Shown in pieces: positions 19,877-28,590 of a stretch of 64,000 nucleotides of DNA (its first letter is position 1; each line of letters opens with the position of its first letter). The notes beneath the pieces were generated by a model, which was not told where the DNA came from, made no database searches, and was given only the letters and a program-made list of their open reading frames with translations. A program made the translations under genes and the position numbers. Source of the DNA: a virus (lineage: Duplodnaviria; Caudoviricetes); IMG/VR virus record IMGVR_UViG_3300047160_036126, positions 1-64,000 of that record; one strand, written 5' to 3'.

Positions 19877-20661
19877 TGAGCCTTCGTCTTTCCAGCTTCT
19901 GATTTGAGTTTGTTTTCTTTATCTCTTTCCTTTTCCTTTGCTGCCAGCGCAACAGTGGCTTGCTTGTAGTTCTTGGCGGGAATATCGATTGCCTTTTCCA
20001 CCTTCATATATTTCAGGAAATTTTGATGAACCTCTTCGCCTAAGGCCCGCGCTCGTTTATCGAGTTCGGCGGCCTGCTCTATGGTGATATTCCCGGTTTC
20101 GTGATTACCGTCCTTGTCGTCGCCCGTGCTGATATTCAGTAAGGCGCAGATTGCGACGCGCTTCGCATAGGTGACGGACGATGAGGTCGCATGCGGAAGG
20201 GTCTTGTTGACCGTGCCGGCGATACCCGTCTTATCGAGCGGCATCGTGATCGTGGTTTCTTCTACATGGCCGCCTCGGTGCCAGAGTTCGGCCTTGACCG
20301 TGACGCTGGTGTCGGTCTGTGCGATAATCTTCGTGGCGGTGCCGAAGCCGTATTTTTCTAAAACCGGGTCGATCTCGACGTTAATGTCTTCCAGCGGGGC
20401 ATATTTGGATTTGGTCTGAGTGTTTTCCTTGCGCCGCAATACCTTCGGCAAATGCGGCTTCATGAGAACGTAATCTGCGGCAAAAGCCTGTTTCGCATTC
20501 CGGTTTAGAATGTGTTCTTGAAGCGACATAAGCTTTTCGAGCTTCGTAACATCGAAATTCGGATCGGTCGCCGCGCGTTCGATCATGTTCATGACTGCCG
20601 CACGTTCGTCCTGTGCGGCGGGCAATTGCTGTTGTTCTTCGATCTTCTGTACGGCGTTCAT
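19873..20661 (-). CDS. ERF-family ssDNA annealing recombinase
   Basis: KSKYAPLEDI, SSVTYAKRVAICALLNI. Confidence 0.88.
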   Translation of the reverse strand: MNAVQKIEEQQQLPAAQDERAAVMNMIERAATDPNFDVTKLEKLMSLQEHILNRNAKQAFAADYVLMKPHLPKVLRRKENTQTKSKYAPLEDINVEIDPVLEKYGFGTATKIIAQTDTSVTVKAELWHRGGHVEETTITMPLDKTGIAGTVNKTLPHATSSSVTYAKRVAICALLNISTGDDKDGNHETGNITIEQAAELDKRARALGEEVHQNFLKYMKVEKAIDIPAKNYKQATVALAAKEKERDKENKLKSEAGKTKAQ

Positions 20662-20688
20662 GGGTTTCTCCCTGTTGTTGGTTTGTTT

Positions 20689-20877
20689 TTAATCGTCGTG
20701 GTGTCGGCGTTCTCCGGCTATCAATTCCTGTTCGGCTTTCTCGGCGTCTGCGATGAGCGTATCGACCTTGCGCTCAAGGTCTTTGGATGTGAGCAAGTCG
20801 TTGCGGTCGCGGGTCTTGAAATACCGCTTCTGCGCGTCGCGCATAGCGCGAACATTGGTCATGAACGTGGTCGTCAT
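20689..20877 (-). CDS. Small hypothetical protein
   Basis: MRDAQKRYFKTRD...SKDLERKVD; fits the operon. Confidence 0.6.
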   Translation of the reverse strand: MTTTFMTNVRAMRDAQKRYFKTRDRNDLLTSKDLERKVDTLIADAEKAEQELIAGERRHHDD

Positions 20878-21155
20878 TTCCGCACCTTCGCCTTGATGAC
20901 GCGCGCAGCATCATCCATCCCCTTGCGGGTAAGCACCTTGCCTTGCATTGGCTGCAACGCGCGCTGTGCTTCCTCTATAGCGGCACTGGAAATCCGTGCT
21001 GCGTACTCGGCCTGCGTCACTCGCTGGATGTTCGCGCGACTCGCTTCCTTGATGGCGTCACTGCGATTACCGTATTCCGTCAAAGCGGCAAGCCCGATAA
21101 ACAAGATCGCCATTGCGACGAAGGAAAAGCCGATATTTTTTATCGCCCAATTCAT
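20874..21155 (-). CDS. Membrane-anchored hypothetical protein
   Basis: N-terminal TM; overlapping stop/start on both sides. Confidence 0.6.
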   Translation of the reverse strand: MNWAIKNIGFSFVAMAILFIGLAALTEYGNRSDAIKEASRANIQRVTQAEYAARISSAAIEEAQRALQPMQGKVLTRKGMDDAARVIKAKVRK

Positions 21156-21433
21156 TCACTCGCCTCCCTCACCATCGTTTCAAGATCGCCGCCCCGGTGA
21201 TACCAGTCGTTCACGGCGTCCATGATGCGCTCGTTGGCGCGGCTGAGCGGTGGAACGGATGGCATCCATCCGTCTGCGAAGCGTTGGTCATATTCGGCTT
21301 GCCCGGCCTCGTAGTCGAGAAATGCCTTGACGGCCTTCTTGTCATCTTTAGTGACTTCGCTGTGATAGTCCCAGTAAAGTCGTAAGACAGTGAGCTTGGC
21401 GCGCGCCAATTCTTTTTCAGAGCGGTGGATCAT
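21152..21433 (-). CDS. Hypothetical protein
   Basis: ATG 21433 overlaps upstream stop. Confidence 0.55.
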   Translation of the reverse strand: MIHRSEKELARAKLTVLRLYWDYHSEVTKDDKKAVKAFLDYEAGQAEYDQRFADGWMPSVPPLSRANERIMDAVNDWYHRGGDLETMVREASE

Positions 21434-21651
21434 TTCAGCACCTTTGCGTCTTTCAGCGCTTTTCGGCATTCGTGGCGGAAGACCTGGACCGATGTGAAGC
21501 GGCCAACGCCGTATATCTTTCGTGTGGCGCTCCGGCGCAACCATGCGCTGTTGTAAAACAAATAAATAAGAGTGCCCGCGATGATGAGAGCAAAGGCCGC
21601 ATAGCCCCAAATTGGGAACGAGCAAAATCCTGCAAGATGTCCGTGGCACAT
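21430..21651 (-). CDS. Small membrane protein, first gene of the leftward early operon
   Basis: One TM; RBS GGAG. Confidence 0.55.
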   Translation of the reverse strand: MCHGHLAGFCSFPIWGYAAFALIIAGTLIYLFYNSAWLRRSATRKIYGVGRFTSVQVFRHECRKALKDAKVLK

Positions 21652-21810
21652 GGGGGCTCCTTGTTATTGCTTTTGCTTGTGCCCAAAGTTAACCAAGAAA
21701 GGTTATTTGTCAATTAATATCCGCAGAAATCTGCGCAAGGAAATTTCGTTCTTGCGGTAGTAATAAAAAGCGTTTGATTTATTTAACCATTCCTGCTTAT
21801 AGATTAAGCT

Positions 21811-22092
21811 ATGAAGGACACTAAGTCTGCTACCCCCCTCGAAGCTGCAATCCGCAAGATAGGGATGAAGCCATCGCGCTTGGCAAGATTGTTTGCAAAA
21901 AAGAAGAAAAGCAAGAGTTCGAATCCGGCGGCTCGCATACACGATTACTGCAAAGGTAACATATTCCCTGAATATGATAACGCCGTGGTGCTGCATGGAA
22001 TCGTAGTGGGCGCCGGCGGCCGTATTGAGTTGGAAGACATCATCGACCCTCCGCAGCGCAGGGAGAAAAAACGCAATGCTACTCCTCGCTGA
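21811..22092 (+). CDS. Cro/XRE-like small basic regulator
   Basis: LEAAIRKIGMKPSRLARL...IHDYCKGNIFP; first gene after a divergent AT-rich gap. Confidence 0.55.
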   Translation: MKDTKSATPLEAAIRKIGMKPSRLARLFAKKKKSKSSNPAARIHDYCKGNIFPEYDNAVVLHGIVVGAGGRIELEDIIDPPQRREKKRNATPR

Positions 22093-22363
22093 TATATTCA
22101 ATCATCTCATTCATGAGTCCTGGTTCACTGCGGCGCTTATAGCCACCATCCTCGTGCTTGGCAGTCTTATTGCCGGATGGTCGATGCATGATGCTACGCT
22201 GGTGTCAAAATGCAAACAACTCGCTGCAGACCTGGAGCTGGCGCAAGGTCATAACCGTCACTGGCAGCGAAAGCTCAAAGAGGAAAAAAGCCGGCGCATG
22301 GCAATCATTGGGACCCGCGGTGCTTTTGTAACCAATGCCAAGCGAAAGCAAAAGAAGGGATGA
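22076..22363 (+). CDS. TM + coiled-coil hypothetical protein
   Basis: Hydrophobic segment then heptads. Confidence 0.55.
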   Translation: MLLLADIFNHLIHESWFTAALIATILVLGSLIAGWSMHDATLVSKCKQLAADLELAQGHNRHWQRKLKEEKSRRMAIIGTRGAFVTNAKRKQKKG

Positions 22364-22600
22364 ATGCCCCGTGGCCTCAGCTATTCCGCTCGGCGCCGTC
22401 TGTACAAGGAACTATTCGCGCGCGACGGCAATCTGTGCTGGATCTGTGGTGAACCGATAAGCCGGAACAATCGAGGCAAAACCATGAGTCGCACTTTGGA
22501 TCGCGTCATCCCCGGAAAACAGGGTGGAACCTATCGGCCGGACAATCTTCGACTCGCGCATAAGCTCTGCAATGAACTGCGGGGAGCATCGCCCGCATGA
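22364..22600 (+). CDS. Small HNH-family protein (first His replaced by Arg)
   Basis: CWICG...TLDRVIP...GG...NLRLAHKLCN. Confidence 0.8.
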   Translation: MPRGLSYSARRRLYKELFARDGNLCWICGEPISRNNRGKTMSRTLDRVIPGKQGGTYRPDNLRLAHKLCNELRGASPA

Positions 22601-22806
22601 CACAGGACGGATTTCTCAAATCTCTCAGCGATAACAAGACCGCCGTAACCATTTATATTGTCAACGGTGTCAAATTGATGGGCGTGATCGCGTGGCACGA
22701 TCAATACACGATCGGCCTCTGCCGCGACGGCCGCACGCAGATGGTCTATAAACATGCAATCGCAACCGTGATGCCGAATGAACCGCCGCAAGTATCAGGA
22801 CGCTGA
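22597..22806 (+). CDS. hfq: Phage-encoded Hfq (Sm-like RNA chaperone)
   Basis: QDGFL, VTIYIVNGVKLMG, QMVYKHAIATVMP. Confidence 0.95.
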   Translation: MTQDGFLKSLSDNKTAVTIYIVNGVKLMGVIAWHDQYTIGLCRDGRTQMVYKHAIATVMPNEPPQVSGR

Positions 22807-23017
22807 AGCCGATTTGCTTCTTTGGCGCATGCTTGGCTGTAATCTCCATGGCGAGCTGATAGAATGTTATGCTAGTATTACGGGATGGGATAACTCGGTA
22901 GCGACCAATGCTGCTCACCGATCTGCTTTTGCTTCTTGCGATATTCATGGCAATTCGAGCGTGCCCGAAGAAAGGCCCCAAGCCGAAGAAAGAACGCCGC
23001 TGGCTTCGACGCAATAA
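22778..23017 (+). CDS. Hypothetical protein
   Basis: Overlaps hfq 3' end; no motif. Confidence 0.35.
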   Translation: MNRRKYQDAEADLLLWRMLGCNLHGELIECYASITGWDNSVATNAAHRSAFASCDIHGNSSVPEERPQAEERTPLASTQ

Positions 23018-23420
23018 GGCGCCACGCAAACGCGGTAGGTTTCACGCAGGACGCCCATCGCGATTTCCTCCCGATTGGGCTTGGGCGCGCCAGCAGCAAT
23101 ATAATCGGATCATGCAAACTACCTCGGCGGAAGCCGCTGTATGCGCCGTCCTTCGGAATCTTGGCATACAATACGAACGGGAACATATCGTAATGCGCCC
23201 AAATGGGCGGCCACTTTTTGTAGATGTGTGGGTGCCGTCGCTTCGGATTGGTATGGAACTGGACGGCTCTCACCATCGAGACTGTCTAGACGTATATGAT
23301 ATTCCGCGTGATCAATGGATAGAAAAAGAAACAGGATTTAAAATTCTGCGCCAATGGAATAAATGGGCTACCGATCCAGGATTGGAATATAGATTGAAAT
23401 CCGTACTTAAATTGCTATAA
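22908..23420 (+). CDS. DUF559/Vsr-like endonuclease (true start probably downstream)
   Basis: TSAEAAV...FVDVWVPSLRIGMELDGSHH...RDQW...GFKILR. Confidence 0.8.
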   Translation: MLLTDLLLLLAIFMAIRACPKKGPKPKKERRWLRRNKAPRKRGRFHAGRPSRFPPDWAWARQQQYNRIMQTTSAEAAVCAVLRNLGIQYEREHIVMRPNGRPLFVDVWVPSLRIGMELDGSHHRDCLDVYDIPRDQWIEKETGFKILRQWNKWATDPGLEYRLKSVLKLL

Positions 23421-23434
23421 ATGCGAAACGCCGG

Positions 23435-24130
23435 ATGCTTGAACATCGCGGCGTTTCTAAACCAATAACAGGGATGGCTGCCATGGTTTCGTGCAGTGTA
23501 ATATCACTACCAGATAATTTACAAAATAAGATTATGCCAGAACCAACGTCGGGTTGCTGGTTATGGATCGGGGCTAGAGATCCGAGAGGGTATGGCCGCA
23601 GGACGGCGCAGGATCATGGTGAGAGATTAGCACATAGAGCGGTGTACAAAATACTACGAGGGCCAATACCGCGCGGTCTATTTTTATGTCATACGTGTGA
23701 CAATCCTCCTTGTGTAAATCCTTCGCATATGTTTGTCGGAACACAACTCGACAATATGAGGGACTGCTTTTCGAAAGGCCGAGGACAAGACTTGCGCGGA
23801 GAAGAAAAGTATTGTGCGGTGTTAACAGAGAAAGATGTGATTGAGATCCGCCTTTCTAAGGAAATAACTCGTGATCTGGCAAAAAGGTATGGGGTAAATA
23901 AAGCGTCGATCACAAGTTGTCGGCTCGGAAATACATGGAAGCATCTTAACGAAAAGTATCCACCATTAAAATTTTTTGATATTCTGACGAATGAACAGAG
24001 ATTTACGGCCTTTCACGATAAACGTCCTATTATGGAAATTGCGCGCGACTATGGAGTAGCCTACCAGAGTATTTGGCAGCTTAAGCGCAGGGGGCTTAAG
24101 CCTCGTGGTCGCCCGCCTAAACATCGATAG
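23435..24130 (+). CDS. HNH homing endonuclease with C-terminal HTH repeats
   Basis: PEPTSGCWLWIG, GYG, LCHTCDNPPCVNPSHMFVGTQLDN, LTEKDVIEIR. Confidence 0.9.
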   Translation: MLEHRGVSKPITGMAAMVSCSVISLPDNLQNKIMPEPTSGCWLWIGARDPRGYGRRTAQDHGERLAHRAVYKILRGPIPRGLFLCHTCDNPPCVNPSHMFVGTQLDNMRDCFSKGRGQDLRGEEKYCAVLTEKDVIEIRLSKEITRDLAKRYGVNKASITSCRLGNTWKHLNEKYPPLKFFDILTNEQRFTAFHDKRPIMEIARDYGVAYQSIWQLKRRGLKPRGRPPKHR

Positions 24131-24243
24131 AGAACATCAGTAATGCTGAACCGCCTGTCGCCGCACCGGAAAGCCCCGACGTTCCCTTCGCCCAATCCTG
24201 AGCCTTCCTTGCGCCGCGCACAGGGGCTATAGGATGCGTCCTT

Positions 24244-24519
24244 ATGGCCTTCGAAGACGATGCACTGCGGCTCTTAAAACTGAATTCGGAGATTACCGAG
24301 CTGACCGTCAGGCTGTGGCTGCGGCTTGGGCGTATGACTGAAGAGGAGTGGGAAGCCGAGCGCCAGCGGCGATTGAGACGAATGAGGGTTGTTGAGCGAA
24401 TGGAAAACGGAATAGTACTAAAAGGCGATGCCCCGATAATGGCCGATATGATCGATGAGGCTTTGCAGGCCAGGGAAAAATACAAACGAATGCTTGAAGG
24501 AGACCGCGATGCGCCGTGA
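24244..24519 (+). CDS. Hypothetical protein
   Basis: Helical charged ORF in operon. Confidence 0.5.
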   Translation: MAFEDDALRLLKLNSEITELTVRLWLRLGRMTEEEWEAERQRRLRRMRVVERMENGIVLKGDAPIMADMIDEALQAREKYKRMLEGDRDAP

Positions 24520-24997
24520 TCCGGCCAGGGCCGTGAAGCTGCTCGACCTCATGTTGGAATTCTTTGGCGAGGACGGTCACAGGTGGGCGCGCGGCTGGCA
24601 TGATCCAAGGACAGGGGCCAGGTGCCTTGTGGGAGCAATGAACCATCTTCGGAGCCGCCACAGGATTTGTCGGGATGGTGCTGGTCGGTATCTTGACGAT
24701 GCGTTGCCCGCCCGGTGGCGCGGCTTAATAAAGTTCAATGATGAACACGAGGGCGGCTGGTTTGAAGTGCTGATGGTTCTGGCAAAAGCGCGGCAACTCG
24801 CTTTATGCGAGCTTAGCGGCACACCGAAGCCAGTAAAGGCGCACCAGCCACGCCGTGAGGCGTCATTGAGGGCCCGAATAGACCTCTTGAGCCAAATCTA
24901 TGAAGACCGCTGCTCGCCAAGGGTGCGCTGGATAACCAAGGATACCTATATCCTTTGCCCCAATGAGCCGGTCGAGGCGCTCCCAATGGCGGCCTAG
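24509..24997 (+). CDS. DUF6197-like hypothetical protein
   Basis: HRWARG...RCLVGAM...LIKFND. Confidence 0.55.
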   Translation: MRRDPARAVKLLDLMLEFFGEDGHRWARGWHDPRTGARCLVGAMNHLRSRHRICRDGAGRYLDDALPARWRGLIKFNDEHEGGWFEVLMVLAKARQLALCELSGTPKPVKAHQPRREASLRARIDLLSQIYEDRCSPRVRWITKDTYILCPNEPVEALPMAA

Positions 24998-25294
24998 CCG
25001 GGCTTTAACTGCTCTGCCAGCGCCCAAATGGCCTCGGCTATCGTCGGAGCCTGCGCACGTGCTAGCGGTTCATCCACGGCCTTCTGACGCAGATCGGTGG
25101 CCTCTGCAACGGTGATGCTGCCTGTGCGGCCCTGCAAGGCCTTCTGATAGCGTTCGTCGATGATCCTGGCGTAGGGCGCGGGATAGGCACGGGCGATGAT
25201 CTCGCGCCCGGTTGCTATAAGTTCGATACGGGCAAGCTGGTGGCGGTCGATCAAGGCGCTTGAGCTGGGTTTCGGGGGTGGCTGGCTTTGGCAT
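24994..25294 (-). pseudogene. Hypothetical protein with a 1-nt frameshift near 25255
   Basis: MPKPATPETQLKR| continues as LIDRHQLARIELIATG in the other frame. Confidence 0.45.
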
Positions 25295-25297
25295 GGA

Positions 25298-25501
25298 TCA
25301 CCACGGGATGGGCCGTCCATCATCACCCCTACGCCACGGAATAACCCTGCCGTCCTTATCGAGCCTACGGGTGCCGTATTGTTCGAGGGGCAAGGATAGG
25401 TTTGAGTGGATTTCGCACAGCTTGTTTTCCGCTCGCATGGCGACTTCCCAGCCGCAGATGATACACTCGCGCTGGATATCTTGGTTTGCTGGGTTTGGCA
25501 T
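25298..25501 (-). CDS. Small Cys-containing protein
   Basis: CIICG...LCEIH. Confidence 0.5.
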   Translation of the reverse strand: MPNPANQDIQRECIICGWEVAMRAENKLCEIHSNLSLPLEQYGTRRLDKDGRVIPWRRGDDGRPIPW

Positions 25502-25617
25502 TCAGGCATCATACTAAAAAGCCGCGGATATGCACAACCCTGCCAGCGCGTTTTCTTTCATCAAGCGCAGTATCTGTTTTGCTCATCTTGGCTTCCCCTC
25601 ATCGTCCACCAAATATG

Positions 25618-25854
25618 TCATTTAATCTGCTTAATTTCCTTCAGGATAGCCGCGAAGCCTTCGGCAGCCAGCCTTAGATCCATGGCCGAGCCGTAGGTGA
25701 TGCAAAGCTTGTCGGGTTCGGCCCACGGCCCCTTGAGGCTTCCTTCGGAATTACTGCGCAACTCGCGCGTGCCGAGGGCCCGCTCCAAAACGTCGAACCT
25801 GGTGCTCAATTCGTTTTTCAGTCGCGCCGCGTGGTCTTTTCGGATGACGGGCAT
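25618..25854 (-). CDS. Hypothetical protein
   Basis: RBS GGAGG; fits the operon. Confidence 0.55.
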   Translation of the reverse strand: MPVIRKDHAARLKNELSTRFDVLERALGTRELRSNSEGSLKGPWAEPDKLCITYGSAMDLRLAAEGFAAILKEIKQIK

Positions 25855-26222
25855 AGAGCCTCCCTAAATTTTCTTGCGGCATAGCGCACATTGTGAGCGT
25901 AACGGCGCGCGCGGATGAGGTTGAAGGCGGTCCTTGGCCGTTTCTGGCGCCGGCGAAGCTCGCGCACCGTCATCGGCCTTTCGGGAATTGCCGCATGCCG
26001 CACGCGCGCGTTTGCCGCGTCGACGTCTTCTGGCATCTGGGCAGGGGCAATGCGCAATCCGGCAAGCTCGTGGCCGCGGACGATGGCCTCGTCGAGGTCT
26101 TCAAGGATGTCGATGCTCTTACCTGCGCGCACCTCATATTCTCCCGGCCGCATACTGAGGTGCACGCCCTTAAGGGCGAGGTCGCGTTGTGCGGCGGTGA
26201 AGCGCTCGGCGGCCGAGGTCAT
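25818..26222 (-). CDS. Hypothetical protein
   Basis: ATG overlaps upstream stop. Confidence 0.5.
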   Translation of the reverse strand: MTSAAERFTAAQRDLALKGVHLSMRPGEYEVRAGKSIDILEDLDEAIVRGHELAGLRIAPAQMPEDVDAANARVRHAAIPERPMTVRELRRRQKRPRTAFNLIRARRYAHNVRYAARKFREALCPSSEKTTRRD

Positions 26223-26593
26223 CCGGCAACCCCCGGCACGGCGAACAAGGCATTTCGACATGCCGTCCCGATAGATCGCAGGACGGCCGGGGACGCTTTG
26301 CTGGCGGACAAGTAGCCTGATGCGTCGGACGTGGTGGAAGTCCCTTCTGCAGTATCGTCGGCGTGCAGGACGCCAGCGATGATCGTAGTGCTGCCGTTGT
26401 CGGATTTGGGATCGGGTATCCGGGTGGCACTGAAAACTATATCGACGTTGCCATTGCGGTCGGGCCTCTCGTCACATTGCAAGCGCGCCGGAAGGCCATG
26501 CGCTCCCAGCTCTCCATGTTCTTCTTGGGCCAGCGCCTGAAAGCTGATTAAAGCCGCGGCAAATACGATTGCGACCTGAGAAAGTTTATCCAC
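26219..26593 (-). CDS. Secreted hypothetical protein
   Basis: Signal peptide ...FAAALISFQALA. Confidence 0.6.
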   Translation of the reverse strand: MDKLSQVAIVFAAALISFQALAQEEHGELGAHGLPARLQCDERPDRNGNVDIVFSATRIPDPKSDNGSTTIIAGVLHADDTAEGTSTTSDASGYLSASKASPAVLRSIGTACRNALFAVPGVAG

Positions 26594-26634
26594 TTATAGC
26601 TCCATTCTGCTATAGGGCGGGTTTAGTCATGCTG

Positions 26635-26925
26635 TCACCCTGCCGGACTTGCACCGGCTCGGCTCGCTACAGCGAACCGTCTTTCGACTTTGCGGTCTAG
26701 TCTCGTGATGACATGAGGGTGATTTCGCGGTGTCTGTTTGACTAATCTTCCACCTCTTCGCTCTCTGGCAGAGTTAATCAAATCTCTACATCTTTGACAC
26801 GATTTGTAATCGCCTGCCCAGCCCGAACATCGTGAGCATCTGTTACCACCCATTTCTTTAGGCGCTTCCGTTTTCTTTTCAGGTGCAGGTAAGCTTTTTA
26901 AGTTTTGTCGATAGATGTGTGGCAT
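26635..26925 (-). CDS. Zinc-finger-like hypothetical protein
   Basis: CSRC...CQRC. Confidence 0.5.
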   Translation of the reverse strand: MPHIYRQNLKSLPAPEKKTEAPKEMGGNRCSRCSGWAGDYKSCQRCRDLINSARERRGGRLVKQTPRNHPHVITRLDRKVERRFAVASRAGASPAG

Positions 26926-26931
26926 TATCAG

Positions 26932-27153
26932 TTATTCTGCAAATTCCAAACAGTCGTAATGAAGCCGATCGTCCTGCTTCCTTCCAGGCCAGCGGACACG
27001 CACTATCTCGGATTTGCTCTGCGGTTGTCGATTGACTACTCCTATTTCCTCGCCCCAGAGCGATAACAATGGTCGTTGTTTGCGTCCTTGTGGCGACAGC
27101 CGAACCTTATCTCTGATCCTGAACGGGTTTTCGGTTTCTTGTTTGTCGGTCAC
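26932..27153 (-). CDS. Small SH3/KOW-like protein
   Basis: FRIRDKVRL...GVV...VRVRWPG; GTG overlaps upstream stop. Confidence 0.5.
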   Translation of the reverse strand: MTDKQETENPFRIRDKVRLSPQGRKQRPLLSLWGEEIGVVNRQPQSKSEIVRVRWPGRKQDDRLHYDCLEFAE

Positions 27154-27524
27154 GCCGCCTCCATCAATTCGCGCGCGCGGACTTTGCTCGACTCCGGCAT
27201 CTCCCAGCATTCGCCCCAATGGGTTTTGATCTCGATGCCGAACGGCTTGAGTTTTTTGCGCATCTTGCAAATCCATACGTCGAGGATCTTCTCACCCGGC
27301 GGCTCGTCGGCCTCGGTGCTGTACATTGCCGCAATGAAGGCTTCGACTCTTGGCGCCCGATTGTTAAGCAAAACGTTGAACATTTCTGCTTCGCTGCGAG
27401 TGAGGTTGAAATAGGGCGGCGGCATATCCGCTCCCTTAAGAGCCTTCTTAAGCAGGCGGATCTCTTCACGCAGCGTCTCGTTCTCGACGTCAAGAACTTC
27501 TGCCCTCGCCTTCCAGTCGATCAT
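27150..27524 (-). CDS. OmpR-type winged-helix DNA-binding protein, CtrA-like, no receiver domain
   Basis: LTRSEAEM...DEPPGEKILDVWICKMRKKL...IKTHWG; N-terminal coiled coil. Confidence 0.85.
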   Translation of the reverse strand: MIDWKARAEVLDVENETLREEIRLLKKALKGADMPPPYFNLTRSEAEMFNVLLNNRAPRVEAFIAAMYSTEADEPPGEKILDVWICKMRKKLKPFGIEIKTHWGECWEMPESSKVRARELMEAA

Positions 27525-28348
27525 GCGGCCATCCTGTTACCGGCACGGACCCAGCCTTGGGCGACGGCTTTCCACAATTGCATGCGGTGATCGACATCGG
27601 AATGGGCGGCGACTTGACGCCGCCATTGGTCGATCGATTTGCTGCGCACGACCGTGACGAGATCGGCGGCGGAATGCGCCCAGCCGAATTTGGCGTCGAA
27701 CAAGACGGCCGCACTGGCAAGGATTTCATGCACGACGACCGGCGCCCGCTTGGCAGATACCAGCACCTTTAAGGCCTTGGTCGCCTTTTCCTCACCCAGG
27801 CGCCCAACCAGGCGCACGATAGCGCCGGCGGCCATGGTATCTCCAACTTCCCATTCTGGCGCCTGAACCTTCGCAATGGTTACGCCGGCCGCCTGGGCAA
27901 CCTTCCGGGTGAGAAGGGCCGCCTCATCGCCGGCGACGATTTTGGCATGGAAGATTTGAAGGGCGTTCATCGTGAGACGGTGGGTATTCTGCTCGATGAA
28001 GGCCCGCGCGCGCTGCTTCAATTCGGCAGCTTTCACCACCATCACCGGGATTTTGTCGATGTCGCCGCGGCTCGCGGCTGCAATAGCGGTGTGCTGTCCG
28101 TCTATCACGCATAGCTTGCCATCCGTACCCTCTGCACAGATCGGCGGCTTGATATGTAGCCAGTCAAAATTTTTGGCAATCTCGCGAATAAGCTTGATCG
28201 ATCGCTTCGTGAGATCCCGCTGATATTCGCCTTCGATGAAAAGCTCTTTTGGGTCGATCCATTTGAAGGAAGGCTGTTCGGGGGAGACTGTTTCGAGCTT
28301 CAGGCTGGGAAGGGGGATCGGCTTAACGAGACGAAGCTTTGCTGACAT
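27521..28348 (-). CDS. ParB/Srx N-terminal domain protein (DUF6551-like)
   Basis: EYQRDL, VIDGQHT, RARAFIEQN. Confidence 0.8.
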   Translation of the reverse strand: MSAKLRLVKPIPLPSLKLETVSPEQPSFKWIDPKELFIEGEYQRDLTKRSIKLIREIAKNFDWLHIKPPICAEGTDGKLCVIDGQHTAIAAASRGDIDKIPVMVVKAAELKQRARAFIEQNTHRLTMNALQIFHAKIVAGDEAALLTRKVAQAAGVTIAKVQAPEWEVGDTMAAGAIVRLVGRLGEEKATKALKVLVSAKRAPVVVHEILASAAVLFDAKFGWAHSAADLVTVVRSKSIDQWRRQVAAHSDVDHRMQLWKAVAQGWVRAGNRMAA

Positions 28349-28368
28349 GCGCCCTCCCGGTTGTTGAT

Positions 28369-28590
28369 TTAGAGGGCTGTTCGGTCATGCCTGCACCGTT
28401 TGGGTTGTTTGTCGTCGGGTTGGAAAATCAACACGGAACCGTCAGACCGTTCCAGTCTAGCCTCCACGATAAGGCGGCCCGCCTGCTCGACGCAGGCATC
28501 GCAAATATAACAGGACGGTCCGGCGATAAAAAGAAACCGCTCGCTGGCGTAGGCGCCGCAGAATGAACAACTGAGATTCTTGTTGCTCAT
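28369..28590 (-). CDS. Stand-alone ClpX C4 zinc-binding domain
   Basis: LSCSFCG...IAGPSCYICDACV. Confidence 0.9.
   Translation of the reverse strand: MSNKNLSCSFCGAYASERFLFIAGPSCYICDACVEQAGRLIVEARLERSDGSVLIFQPDDKQPKRCRHDRTAL

Noticed and set aside
21685-21800. Full CtrA boxes (TTAA-N7-TTAA) in control regions
   Set aside because: Only half-site-like TTAACCA(A/T) at ~21689, ~21783 and ~62340; no correctly spaced full site found by eye; a PWM scan is needed
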